From assembly GCF_000181795.1 (NCBI RefSeq), contig NW_003526948.1, forward strand, positions 1,191,444-1,255,443: DNA of 64,000 nucleotides. The letters are read 5' to 3'. Source of the stretch: Trichinella spiralis (lineage: Eukaryota). Made by a program: the position numbers and the translations under genes. The notes below the pieces were generated by a model. That model made no database searches. It was not told where the DNA came from and saw only the letters and a program-made list of their open reading frames with translations. Shown here in pieces: positions 19,047-32,339 of the stretch (position 1 is its first letter; each line of letters begins with the position of its first letter).

Positions 19047-21677
19047 AATACAATTAAAATTATTTATTTGAAAGTTATTCTATCACGTGATTGAGATTCC
19101 AATTTTGTTTACATGAATAAAGGGCACTATTTTGTTCCTCATCAGACTGTCATGTATAATAATACATGCACATGATAAATCTTTTGTATACTACATCCGC
19201 TCTTCATTGTAAATTAAACGCTTCTGTATATTTTACATTAAATGAATGAATATAATTTCTTATTACAAAACTATAAATATCCACTTCCAGTTTCATTTCT
19301 ATTCGATAATTAATTTTCTGCTGGTAAAGTGTGGTTCGACCGCACAAGATTTTACAAGACAAGACATTCTATTTTGCGGCATCCTCAACATCAGTAAATA
19401 GAAGTTTGGAGAAATCGGTTTAAAATAGGGAAGCCGTGGAAAGGAATTGCTTTTCTGGCAGCTACTGGAAAATTGTATCTGTTAATCAAGTTGTCCTTTT
19501 TGTTGGGCTGACGCTGGAATGTGAAGCTTGGCAGAAAATCATCAGCTTCTCGTTGTGCGCAAACATGCACAAAAGGCAAAGATCATGAACGACATTAAAA
19601 TATATCTGGAATTCAGGCATGAATCACAAAGCAATAAATTAAAAGTATATGAAAATCTGCAGGAAATTAATCTAACTGATGATAGCCGGCTTGGCTGTAC
19701 CACAGCTTGCTTCAATGTTCAGGGAAATAATTACAAGTCTCATTTAATATAAATGTCGTAATTCCATTATAGAAATATATAAAGCAATAAAGCAGATAAA
19801 ATGAGGAAAAGTAAAAAAATTATTATAATACTAAGTTAAAGTATATTTCAAAAATAAAATCACGGAAAGATAATTAATAATTGAAAATACAGTAATATAC
19901 ATTATTTAAATTACCAAATTAATGATAAGAAGGTTACTAAGTAATAAGCAAATGTTGCATATCCATAGTTATTATTTTATTACAGTGCTGTTCGACAAAC
20001 GGTGGCGGTGCGTAACCAAGGTGCAATTGCAAGATGCTACATTCAGGTAAAAATTTAATACTCAGACTTATTTTCCTGATAATTTGCTATGAGTGCATGC
20101 ATATTTAAGTATTTAAGCAATTTTTAATTTGGGGATGCGTAAAACTTGAAATACTTTTAAAGCAGAATTCTCAATTACATATAGTTGAACGTTGAAAGTG
20201 TTGAACAAATCCATATTTCAATTTGTTATTTTGCGTAAACGTCTAGATTTAACTATAGAAAACGATAAAATTTTCAATTTACACTTGCTTATTGCATTCA
20301 ATTTCATTCTGAACTGAGCAGGTCAAATATCACTAAGCGTATTGTTTTATCTATTATGCAGGACAGAAAAATACCGTTTTCATACAGAAATCGTTTTCAA
20401 TTTAATTTTATTATCACTTTATATTGTTTTCTAAATTTGAAGACATTAGATACATCAAATTTTTCATATAGTTAATTATGCTTAGCATAGAGCGCAACAA
20501 GTGTGCTCAATCGTTGTTCATTTTTTGTTGACATTATGTTCTAATTCATATTAGAGTAGCATATCCAACTTACGTAAGCCGGTGTTTAACGCTACGTGCG
20601 CAATGTCTGTCTTTTATGCAAATTGGGCCATTTGAAAATTAACTTCATATTAGCAGTGCACCAGTTAAATTGACTTTGTTGACTAACAGAAGCATCGACA
20701 GTGATGTTTGCTCGATCTATTTCTGCTTTAACTACTGAGTAAGGTGTGTTATTAGATATAGAAGAATGTTATCTTCTCAAACATGGGCGTTGTCTAGTTT
20801 GAATGCAAATTTCAGTGCAATTTCAATTTGTTTGCTTTTGAGCTTATGCGTGGCCTGCATATTATTTGTTCAACGAAATGAGAAATACGTTTCATACTTG
20901 TTAATCAATAGAAATGAACTTTATGTAAATTTTCCTGAGGCTACTATTAGTTGCTCTAGAAATTCATTTCAAATGATTGTAGGCGAACGTTGTGCGGCGA
21001 ATGAACAATGGCGTTGTCAATGCGATGACAGACGAAGAAGAACAATAAAAACGGCTTTGTTCTTTATTTATTATAATATTATTTCATTGAATTAATTCTT
21101 CTGCATTTAGATACAGAAGAATAGAAGATAAAAGAAGACATCCAGAAGACAAGGGTAAGTTTGGTAAGTATAATTCTTTGAGTTAGACTAATTAGTTAAA
21201 CTTCACTGAGGAGTTCTTGAGTCTGTAATTTATATAAACTCGAGCTGTAAGTTATCGAGCATGTTTGTTTGTTAATTAGAGTAATTGGACATAGATCATG
21301 AGTATTATTTTAATGAATTTGAGTGGCTTTCCGCATTTGAACGTTTTCATGTCCCATGCCTTTCCAGTTGAGTTTAGGGTTCATTTGCGGAAAGTGAAAT
21401 GGTTGAATAATTTGTCGACCATTTCAAAGGACAATTTTTGAGCATAGTGAGTTTGTAGCACTGCTATAGTTTGAGTATTAGAATAAGTAAATGCTTGAGA
21501 ATAGCAGTGCAAGGATAGGAGGAATGTGAGATAGGGTGGTGTGCAGGAGTTCGACGGGGTACACTGCACGACGCGACCCTAACCGTATCAAATGATCAAA
21601 GTCCATATTTTCAAAGCTCACCTCTTCCTCTCCCGGATGCGGTACCAGAGGCCTGCCGCCCTTGCTCGGATCCCAGC

Positions 21678-21687
21678 NNNNNNNNNN
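21678..21687. other. Assembly gap (10 N)
   Basis: Run of n in the sequence; the true size is unknown. Confidence 1.
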
Positions 21688-21942
21688 ACGCGCGTATTTT
21701 CGAGTGTTGGAAGCTTGTTGATTGCCCAAAAATTTGTTCGACTCTTTTCTTGACTTGGATTCCATCAGGAAAATTTAATCTCTTTGACAACTCGCAAAAC
21801 GTATCTCGGGCGAGGCCGGTTGCCACTGTCTGCAGCGAATTTCACCGAACCTGTTCAAATAGCGAATATTAACGCGAATATATATATTTTTTTCTTATTT
21901 TTTTCGACCCAATTTATATGATTTCTACGTTGTTTTCACGAA

Positions 21943-23830
21943 TAAAACTCTGAAAAACACTTTATTGCATCAATATGAAACTAAAACCACGAGAATATTT
22001 AATTTCGATTGAACAAATTTTTCGTCGATTTTTGAAAATCATACCACATCTATAGCCCATGAAATTTGGGAATTTTCGAGAAAAATTTTTTTCTCCAAAA
22101 ATTAAGACAATTGATATATATCGGTAGAGAATTATTCGCCAATTATTATAAAATTATACCGACAGCTGCTGATTGCGTATTTGTTGAGATATACCAAAAG
22201 AGGTTAACTAAAATAGGTTTTTAATGGAGTGGAAATAAACAGGAATGGAAAACAAAAACAAAGAAATATGCAACTGGAATTGTTTCATTAATTTTTACAG
22301 TGCAATTATCAATGTTTTCACCCGAAAAGAGGAAGTCATTTTAATAACAATTGTTCCTGATTTTTATTTAAACAACAGTAACTTTCAAAATTAAAAATTT
22401 TGTTCCATGAATTTTTTTCACTTATTTCAATTTAGAGATGCGAATTATCCAAAATTATAACATCAGAAAGCTATTTTCTTGCAAGATGCCATTCTTTTCA
22501 ATCTGCTAATTTCGAAGGTGTAGACCCCGTGTGTATGTCAAAGATATGCCGCTTCACACTTTGATTTGTTGTTAATTTTGCGTAGAACTCTGATTGGTTT
22601 TGAATTTTATTGGTTTACACTGCGGCTAATTTTGATTAGTTGTTGTTGCGATGAATTTTACTCGCTGTTTGGTTTCTAAATTTTACTGGTTGTCATTTTC
22701 ATGCATTCTATTTGTCAAATTTTGGTTTCTTTTTAATGGTCACTTTTCTATTCTATGCTTTTACTGTTTATCTTCTTTATTTATATTAGTAGTTGCTAAA
22801 TTGTACATTTATAAGCTGATGGGCAATTTATAATTATGAGTTTATTAACAAATTTGCTTGTGTTTTCATTTTTGTGTATAATTATATTCATGGATCTGCT
22901 GATCAGATCTGAGAAATTCGCTTTATTTTAAGTTGAACTGACTTGGTTTATTGTGGGTCTACTGTTGATCATTTTAAAGTCCTTGCTCAAAAGTTTGCTT
23001 TCTCTTAATTTTTTTTCTTTATTTGATGAAGTTAAATATAAGTTTAAATTTAAGTATATATTAAATTTAGAAGTTATGGATGCTATTAGTAAGAAAGATC
23101 AGGTGGATTCACCATTTCACTGCATTTCATTAAATAATTAATTGTAATTAATTTTACCACATCATAAAATAGTAAAGCTTTGAATATCAGAAAACTGACC
23201 ATCAAAATGAAATCAAAAATTGTCAAATAACACCTATTACCATGACAACCAGTAAAAATTTAAGTTTGCGGCTACGAATAAAACTCATTGTAGCGGCAAC
23301 TATTGAAATTTAGCCGGCATGAAAACCAATAAAATTTAAGGCCAATCAAATGTCGAGCGGCATGCCTTTGACGTATACTCGGGGAGTAGACTAATTTGAA
23401 ATGCTCAAACAGGCAATTTTATCAGAGTACTCAAAGAATTATCTACTGCGGGTTATGCCAAATTTACATACCTTTAATGGGCACAAAACTGCTTGCTTTA
23501 ATCACAAAATCATTTTACAATACGCCACAGTTTTTGACAAGCATGGAGTGCTGGTGTACTTATTCGTCGATTTCTCTGAAAATTCGAACAAATACGATGT
23601 ATGAGCCCAATAATTTGACATAAATTGTGAATTTATTTAATATCACAGCATTTGTAATGAAGTTTCACCCTGGGCGACTACATATTGTACTAATTATGCA
23701 AATCGCCATTGCAAAGTGTTACTCAGCGTGAGTACAATCAAATAGACACATGTGGTATCAATCGAATGCGTAATCAATTTAAAACATGTCCGTGAAGATC
23801 GCATTCCATGCAATGTTTGCTTTTCAGCAA
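21943..23830 (-). repeat. Inverted third copy of the ~1 kb repeat, interrupted by an insertion at 22517-23392
   Basis: 22049-22469 is the near-perfect reverse complement of about 16187-16605 (and 17470-17888). 21943-22048, 22470-22516 and 23393-23830 are diverged reverse complements of the adjoining parts. Confidence 0.9.
22517..23392. mobile_element. Non-autonomous long-TIR element (Mutator/foldback-like), 876 bp, 9-bp TSD
   Basis: Left GGTGTAGACCCCGTGTGTATGTCAAAGATATGCCGCT versus reverse complement of the right end AGTCTACTCCCCGAGTATACGTCAAAGGCATGCCGCT; inverted similarity continues for about 230-250 bp. Flanks AATTTCGAA (22508-22516) and AATTTGAAA (23393-23401) each differ by one base from the single AATTTCAAA in the empty-site copies. 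Confidence 0.85.
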
Positions 23831-24722
23831 CAGGTAGAAAGAAATGCAGGGTTTGGTCGAAATCTGTCCAGTTGCTGTGGAATAATGGTCTTCTACCGTG
23901 GGCACTTTGACTATCTCATACATATGTAATGAGCGACTTGTGTTGGGATATCTCGATAACTATGCATCTAGTAACTGCGGGGATATGTTTGTTGCACTTA
24001 TCTATTCATTTCTGATCGATTGATGCCCATGAAATCCATTTTTGGATTGCAACGTTTTTCTCGAAAATTGCAAATTTCATAGGCTTTCTTTCTTTTGAAA
24101 AATAGCGAAAAACTTTTTTCTCAAAATTCGCTCTTTTTCTGCTCGTTTGACATTTGCACTGATTAATGATAATGCTATGCAAGGTTTGGGCAAAATCTGT
24201 CCAGTAGTTGTGGAATAATAGGCTTCTAATTTTGCCCACTGCTTACTTTAATACATGGGAAAGTTGCTGATCTGTAACTTTCATTTGACGTTATCTGGAT
24301 GCTTGGTTTTCATTAAATGTAACATTTTTGACATTTGGATAAAGGTTTTTATTCAAAATGCGAAGAGCTGTGGAATATTTTCACTTATGGGTTTGCGGTT
24401 TTTTTTGAATTTTGTAAGATTGAAATTGCTTGAAAAATAACTGATCACAGCTGATTGAACTGGGTGGAACATGTTTAATTTATACTGGTCCAGAATTTTA
24501 GATTACGGAAAATGTTCTAAAAAGCTGTATCCATGCTTTCGTGTCAAATATTATTAAAATGTAAACTATGAGATACTTTCTGTAACGTGTTGTTCCACTG
24601 TACGGAAAGATACTGTCCATTAATGGCTTTACTAAAATGGGAATCTTTTTTATTTTAAGCAACTGATAGTTAAGCCAGATGGATTTCTTGAAATTAGTTC
24701 TGCAATTGGGAAAGTGAAAATG

Positions 24723-27700
24723 TTAAATTCTTTTCACATCGATCTTTTTGTTGCCGTTGTTGTTGTTGTTGTTTGTTACAGCAACTTTTAATTCTGCTTT
24801 CTGATTAATCCTGCTTTCATTGACCGCTTCATTCATATACATTGCCTGAAAAAAACTTAAAACAAAATGAGCAAATGAACATAAGCAACTGAGCAAGTGA
24901 AATAAAGTACAGTATTATAAAATTAAGTTTATGTAAATTGAAAATGTAATAATTGTCACTTGAATAACGGAAACGAAATGCGCACCAATTCGTTAGCTGT
25001 CGGTACTCTTGAAAGGAAGTCGAGCAGTTCGTTATTTTGATCAGCCATAGGGTTGCGGAGCTTTTTCGTAAACTTATTTATTCCTGAAATATTTGTTCAA
25101 TTTCGCTTTCATATAATATTTGCAAATAAATTTCCTACCCCAAAGTATAATTATAAATCTGAGTGGTAGAAAGTAGAGCGTTATACAAAGAGTGAAAAGA
25201 GTAAAACAAGCCAATTTGGATAAAAATTTGTCGGTGAAATTAAAGGTGCTAAATTGCAATTCAATTAACAAATTAAATCGGTGAAAACTGCAAAGTGTAC
25301 TTTTGAATTCTTTCTAATAATTCTGCAATATAACCGAGCAACTTCTGCACCATACTCATGGCATCTTGAACTGCTGCCAGCTTTTCTCTCAAGCTCTTTT
25401 TCTCCTCCTCAAACGTTGAGTCATTTCATTTAACATGTTGTCAAAATATGACTTCAAGCACATACCGTTTCTTCATTTTCTTCAACATCGGCTAACTCCA
25501 CCATCTGTTAAAAAAAATTGAAATTATGTTTTTTATTATAGTTAAACGTGTAAAAGTAATAAAATTACCTTTTCATTATCGCCAGATTGCTTTTTAATAA
25601 GTAATGATAATATTGCATCTTTTGCAAACAAACCAAGTAATGCTAAGGGAATCATGTATAGCTCAATAAAGTATACCACTAAAATGAACCCCTAAATAGA
25701 CAACGTTGAAATGTTGAAAACTCAGCTGACTAAGTGGGAGTTATAAATAGCAATTGTATACATGCATAAATGATTGATAGAATGAATGAATATTATTCAA
25801 TATATTATATACAACTCACAATTAAAGCGAGAATCGAATGCAATGGTGTTTCCCAAGACAGTAATTTCTTTGACATTGAAACCATTTCCATTACTGAAGT
25901 AGCGGATTCTTTCAGACGATTCACATTTTGCATAAAAATTTGTCTTTTAAATTTCTCTTCTGCATAAATGTACTTTGATTCTTTTGGAGTAAATACACGA
26001 ATGCTCGCACGAATCTAAACAAAATCTTAGATTAAAAAAACAATTTTTAACAGACGTGAATTTCGAACTGGATTCCAAAAGATTTTTGTTTCCAGTTGAA
26101 TTCGCCCTTTCACAAAAGACTTCAATTTTTGATCTTTCAACTGATACCATCGCCTTTCTCCATTTTTGATCTGCAAAATTTTCTTTTTGGAAATATTTTC
26201 AAATCTTATCTTATTCGTACACACTTGAATTAAAGGAAATGCTACTTTTCCAAGAAATTCATTGCGAGAATTTGGATCTTCATCATAAATTGTCACATGC
26301 AAAATAGAGTACATGTCATTGATGTCACTAAAATAAAATCCAACAACCACTGAGTAAAATGTAAATTTTGATAAACAGGAAAAATGAACACATTTTATAC
26401 TAGTGTATGAATTAATACGATAAATTTACAATTAATGATAAATAATAATAATAACAATAATAATAATAATAATAATAATAAACCGTTTTATAACGACTAA
26501 CTTTACTCATTTTTAAATCCTAGATACGTAAAAGTATAAACATACAAAACAAAAGTTTTGTTCCATTCAGGATTTACGGTTTTGTATTCAGTGCGAGTTT
26601 GAAAACGGGTGTTCACCATTTCCAAAACACAGAAGGGGTCACTTTTACCTAAGCAAAAATATAGGCAAGTAAAATGTTCATTCTTGTTTCTCATACCGCA
26701 TACCTCCTATATTTGCGGCGGCTAATCCTTTGGCTCTACAGACTTTAGTATTAAGTAAGATTTTATTCCAATTAAAACATGATAAAACATCTTACCAGTG
26801 ATAATCAAACAACCAATATTGCGAATGTGACGAAGCGTATTTGCAAGCGACTACAAAAATAGATTGTTATCTATACTGTTACTCTGTTAATTTGTATATT
26901 TTTAAAATTATGTAAAAATTACCCTATATTTTTACATTAAATGTACAAGCTATATATATATATATATATATATTAATTGTGCACAACTAAAAAATTATCA
27001 AAATTGCATTCTTATATACAATCAGAAATTTTACATGTTGTTTATTCTTGGCAGTTTCAAAAAATGTTCACTTATGTATAGTAGTTTTTTACGTGCATAA
27101 AACTTATCCATCAAAACGTACATATTAGTGAAGGGATGGATATTTTATCAAAAATTACTCACGTATTCTTTAGCCAATTTTATTTCTTCGGTTTCTAAGT
27201 TGTTTCGCTTTGGTGAAATCTTTGCCTGAGGAGAATCAAAAGCATTCGACAAAGAAAGAACAAGAAACAACTGTCCAGCTGCATCGCACAGATCAAACCA
27301 ATCGCTCAGGGTGTTTCTTTCCAAAATTGTGATCAAATCGATGCTACCTCTGAAATGTTTCCAACGCTGAGTTGACTGTTAATTTTGGTTCCAAAATTAA
27401 AAATTTAAATGCTGATTTTACTTTCCAATGAAAATTTCTTTACGACGATCATAAACAGAAAATTCCAATTCTTGATATCTGATTGGCGTAAAAATGTATA
27501 AATTAAAACTTTCTTGCCATTTTGGTTCGAGTGTTTTTGTTGCCACCAAAAATAAGAATATTTTTTAAAACAAATATAATAAGCCAATTCCATTCGACGA
27601 CTTACTCTGCTTTTTGCTTTTTCAGTCTCCAATTTGAACCGAACATACAGATCTGGTAAATTTATTCCTTGAACTGTTGAAATGGGACAAAATCCACGTC

Positions 27701-28661
27701 CTTCAATCAATGAAATGTGCAATACAGATAACCACTCGCTGACGGCTATAAAACATCATATGAAAAGTAATTCTACAAATAAAACAAATACACACTGTCC
27801 AGTACAGTTAGATGGCTTTTTGAAATATTCTGAATTTATCAAAGGTGGACGATAGTTTATCTGAAATGAATCGAACTTCAGGTTGCACTTTTTCCGCTTG
27901 TTAACACTTACATTATGCACATCATCTTCTGTAAACGGTGACACCATTATCTGCAGCAGTAGATAGCCCATAGATAAATCACTGGTATTATCAGTAAGCA
28001 AAACTTTCAATTCATATGCCCTGTAGAAGCAGATTATTGCAATTTGTATTTAAAAAAGAAAGAAAAATTGCAAATAATAACTACGTGTTCAACTTTAGCG
28101 GTTTGAGATACAAATTTGCACTACCCATGAAATCATCCGATGCGAATCGATCATAATCATAAACCTGTAAAACATGATCATAAATCATGATCGACTTTGC
28201 TTATTTTACCATTCACCTGTATTACAAGCGGCGTTTGCAAACCAGCAGCAACAAAGACAAATCGTTCACCCCATGATGGATTTAAATTTTGATAAACAAT
28301 TTTCGTTTTGTGCACCTGCTTGCCTTTGTATTTAAATTTCACGTACGGATCGCTGCTTCCTGTGATGGTGGAAATTCACGATTTGAAAATGGTTAGCAAA
28401 GAAAAAAAAAGCATTTACCACTAAAATCTTTCGCCACTAGATTGCCGCCTTCTTTCAACAGAACATGCACTTGATAAATGTCATCGTTCGAATTGGTCGT
28501 TTTTGGACGAACCTAAATTCTGATCCCAATTAATAAAACGAATGTCGACATCAAGCACAAATTATATAAACTTCTGGGTTGAAAATTAATCTCCTTAAAC
28601 TTCCTCGACTGCGTTTTTCAACATCAACAACACTTTTCTGTTTGTCATAAATCATCACCAT
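24723..28661 (-). CDS. MCTP: Multiple C2 and transmembrane domain protein (MCTP), multi-exon; 5' end uncertain
   Basis: C2[50 protein letters not shown]...[15 protein letters not shown]2[10 protein letters not shown]...DLYVRFKL. C2[32 protein letters not shown]...VTIYDED...[11 protein letters not shown]-terminal TM region [25 protein letters not shown]...[12 protein letters not shown]; stop at 24723-24725. The ATG at 28661 follows an in-frame acceptor, so further upstream exons are possible. Confidence 0.92.
26441..26480. repeat. (AAT)n microsatellite in an MCTP intron
   Basis: Read directly, with one AAC interruption. Other short tracts: (TA)n near 59, 11940, 26952, 33579-33604 and 60806-60835; (AACC)n(AAAC)n near 30483-30530; (CTAG)5 at 32486-32505; (GTA)n near 63200. 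Confidence 0.9.
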
Positions 28662-31600
28662 TTTGATGGAAAATATTTTTCTCTAACAAAAGAATTCACT
28701 TCGTCAAACTGCAGTGGAATACGTGCAAACAATCAAAATGCATACTTGTAGTTATTCTTTGAAATATAACTGATGCAAAGTAAATATTCTGTCTTTCCTG
28801 GACAAAGAAGAATAATGTACAAGCATCAATGCAAATTCATTTCAAATGAACTTACATGTCCCGTTATTAATTTCAATTATCATGAAATGTATACCTAGAG
28901 GCGATGCGATAATAAATAAATCGTACGTAAGTAACGACATGTGCGATTATTTAGGAAAGAGATTTTATTCAGAAAGAAGATGGATTTCAAAGAAAAGCTT
29001 TCGTAAAGAAGCTTAATCGCTGAAGGAAGAAAATAAATTTTCCAAGTCAAATTTTAATATACTGTTTGCTTGTTGCTGTTGTCATAGAAAAGTAAAAAAG
29101 AAAAAATTCAAATAAAATGAGCTTTGGTGTGTAAATTTCTTTTTCTATTAAAAATAACAACTACGTTCAAGGCAATGGAATGTTTTATGACAGCAATAAT
29201 GCAACCATTTATTTACACTTATCTGTACAGTTGGTTGAAATCTACAGCAGTAAAAATTCATTTCCACGCTGCAATATTGGAATTATTTTGAAATTGAAGT
29301 CCATTGAAGAAGAATTGAAGAAGAAATTTATCGCAAACGGATTAATTTTCCCATCAACTTGAAGTGGATAAAAGAAAAAAAGAATTACAAAACCGTAAGA
29401 ACTAAAGAAAACCCACGCTAAGATTAATTTTCAACAGCTGACATTGTTCATTCTGGAAAAATACTGGCAAAATTGAAATTTATTTTTAGTGAAATGAATT
29501 CTCAAACAAAAAACAAATTCAAAAATTGCTTAAATTTAATTAAATGTTAAAAAAAAGAAGAAATTTATTCTTGATCTATATTTGCATTTGTGAATTGCGC
29601 GTTTGCCGACTAGGCAAGTGCCTGAATGTTGCAGGATCACAATTTCCGCTGCGTACAAAATGACCTTGGAAAAATGCAAGTATTAAATGTATTGAAAATC
29701 AGGTAAAAATTTTAAAATCTTTGTGTCAAGACGAATATGATATAATGGAAATATGAAGACGAACAATAAAATAACAATAAGAAATAATGCCAACGAAAAC
29801 AAAATAGCAATATTCATAATTACTGTTTCAAAAGAAAGATGATTATTAATTTTTGCAAAGAGGGGCAATTTGTGATAAGAACGAGTAATGAATGCACGGT
29901 TTTGCATTTGTTGTTTTATCAGTGAGAAATGAAGCATGCGTATTTAGCGCAAGCGGAGATTATTTTTTTTATTTATTCTTTTGAGAAAAATTCACCTTCA
30001 AAGAAAAATTTCCCCTCTCTGAAAGTGAAACCATCTTATTAGCTTATTATCTTACCATCAAAGTGAATGTTAAATTTATTAATTTTTGTTTGTTGCATTT
30101 TTTTAGTTTGCAATAAAGTGTAATATTGGTAATTTGTGAGAAAAAGACGCCAGAAGTGCAGCAAAATCATGCCAAATAGATTTAATAACAAGATGCACTG
30201 CTTACCATTAGTTTGCCGTCTCTGTGTGCCGTACCAACGATGCCCGGTGTTGTGATTGTGAACAAGAAGTAGATAGAGCTGCTGCTATTATATTATATTA
30301 CATCGAGAAAATAATGCTCCATTCGTCAGACTTGCTTGCGTAAACCAAACACCTCGACTGTACAAATAGATGAGCAACGCAGGATTTGCAAAACGCAAAC
30401 GGTCACCGTATTCTCAAATTGACGATGATGTTTCAATCGCCTACTTCCATGATCTTGCTTCAATATAAAAGCGAAAAAGAAAACCAACCAACCAACCAAC
30501 CAACCAGCAAACAAACAAACAAACAAACAAATGAGCATTAAATTTTCAATCCTGTCTGAAGTGACAATAGCAAGAGCTACGGCAGGTTTGACACAAGAAG
30601 AGAATTTCTTTTAATTTCGCTTATACAAAAGATGTTTCGCTCGATCATTCCAAACACCGCTGCTTGTACACACTAGACAATAATAAAAATGCCAAACAAT
30701 AGCTAGCTAGACATTATTGATCGTAATCTATCCATTGATAATAAGCAACAGTGCAATTTGCCTGATAATAATAAAAATTTGCATCACATAGCATCCCGCT
30801 AGAATGTTCAATAGAATGCATTCAATTGGGTTTTTTTCGTTGCTTCAAGCATTCAAGCAACCAGTTTCATCGTCTACACACACTATATGCACACAGTTGG
30901 TTAGTTGATTGTGAATATGAACACTTGTGCCAATTGACGATGCTCCACGTCAGTGCTTGTGAAAAGAAAGCAAACGCAAACAATGCTTGTGCTCGTTGAT
31001 TTTGCAATCAACTTTTTTTCCCTTTTCATGGTGTATAAAATTTGAAATCTCTTTTTCATTTTTTAAAATTCCATTCAACATGTTCAAAATTAAAATACCA
31101 TTCTCATTTAAATTCAAATTACAACCAATGCTGTGCTGAAATATCTATAAAAAAGAAAAAGAAAGGAAAAATAAATCTGCATAATAATAATAATAATAAT
31201 TGCTATTCAAATTGACAACATAGCTTGCAGTGTTAATGAATAAGAATTCAATAAAATTGCCAACCGAACATTCTCCATCTGTGATGTAATGTTATTAACC
31301 GGCAGTGCATCGTCGTCGGCTAATTTCAAATAATTCTCCATTTCACATTTGTCAATCAGCTTTAAGCGGTTGATTGAACCGAATTTTAACCCAGTGTTGA
31401 TCAGCATATAAAATGAAGATAAGAAGTAAAATTTAAAAGAAGACGAAGAAGAAAATATCGATAGAATAAAAAAAAGCATATCCAAATGCATCATGTAGCA
31501 GAGGTATTATTATTTTGTGTGCATGATGCAATTTAGTAGAAAAGTAAAAAGAAGAAGGAGAAGAAGATGAAAAAGTGAGCGAACTGTGGATAAATGAATA

Positions 31601-31757
31601 AGTAAGTTATCAAAATGATCAAATTGTGAAATTGATCAATTTGGAATGATTCCATTGAATAAAAGTAGAACAAGTGCAAAATGAAATATCAGTGGAACAA
31701 ACAAACAAACAAACAGACAGACGAAGAAGAAGCAAACGTCATAGAATTTTTCACGGA

Positions 31758-32339
31758 TCAGTGGCTCAAGCTTGGTAAATCATGCAGTGCGTAAGATGCG
31801 AGACAAAGATAAATTGCACTTGCGGCGTATACAAATACAGTTCTATATTTGGTGGACAAAAAGTAAAAATTGATCAACTGCACCGGAGTGTAGACGGCGA
31901 CGTCGGCCAGGTAAAGCCACAGAAAAGAATTCTTCAGTCGACTGGTAAATTTGTTCCAACTGCTCCCTTCGAGCAGATTGACCGATGCTAACATTGTGAA
32001 GCAAAAATTCGGCGCCATGATCAGCTCATCGCAGCAAACTTTGACCAACACATGCTTCAGGGCTTTGGTCGGAAATAGGCGGTCCAAAAATTTATACCAA
32101 AAATGCATCTCCACGCTGAGAATCGACGTCGACAAGGACAAATGACTGGCTCGGCGAATGTCCACCCCTGACGAGGTGGTTCCATCAGACAAGCCTTGTC
32201 GGTGGATTTTGATCTTCTGCTGAACAATGTCACTGAAAAAGCCAATTACCATACCGCTTGTCACGTTGGTCAGCAGAAGATGCTTTGTGAATAGTCGTTG
32301 TTGGACTTTGAAAACTTTCCGCAACACTGCTGTTATCAT
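31758..32339 (-). CDS. Mpv17/PMP22 family membrane protein (MPV17L2-like), single coding exon, 193 aa
   Basis: KHLLLTNVTSGMVIGFFSDIVQQ...DIRRASHL...HFWYKFLDRLFP...VLVKVCCDELIMAP...YLADVAVYTPVQLINFYFLSTKYRTVFV are Mpv17-family motifs. The first real ATG (32339) is directly preceded by TTTTCAG; the ORF-track start at 32351 is a GTG. Confidence 0.9.
   Translation of the reverse strand: MITAVLRKVFKVQQRLFTKHLLLTNVTSGMVIGFFSDIVQQKIKIHRQGLSDGTTSSGVDIRRASHLSLSTSILSVEMHFWYKFLDRLFPTKALKHVLVKVCCDELIMAPNFCFTMLASVNLLEGSSWNKFTSRLKNSFLWLYLADVAVYTPVQLINFYFLSTKYRTVFVYAASAIYLCLASYALHDLPSLSH

Larger units (their letters stand above)
15165..24300. repeat. Cluster of degenerate 150-350 bp subunits of one interspersed repeat family
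   Basis: The motif GATCGATTGATGCC(T/C)AT(A/G)AA(G/A)TC(A/C)ATTTTTGG...TTTTTCTCGAAAATT(G/C)CAAAATTTCATGGGCT recurs in variants at about 15165, 15470, 16530, 17813, 18165 and 24014, and inverted at about 21950-22105. Confidence 0.8.

Noticed and set aside
23236..23249. X-box match ATTACCATGACAAC
   Set aside because: It lies inside the TIR of the Mutator-like element, with no adjacent gene start.
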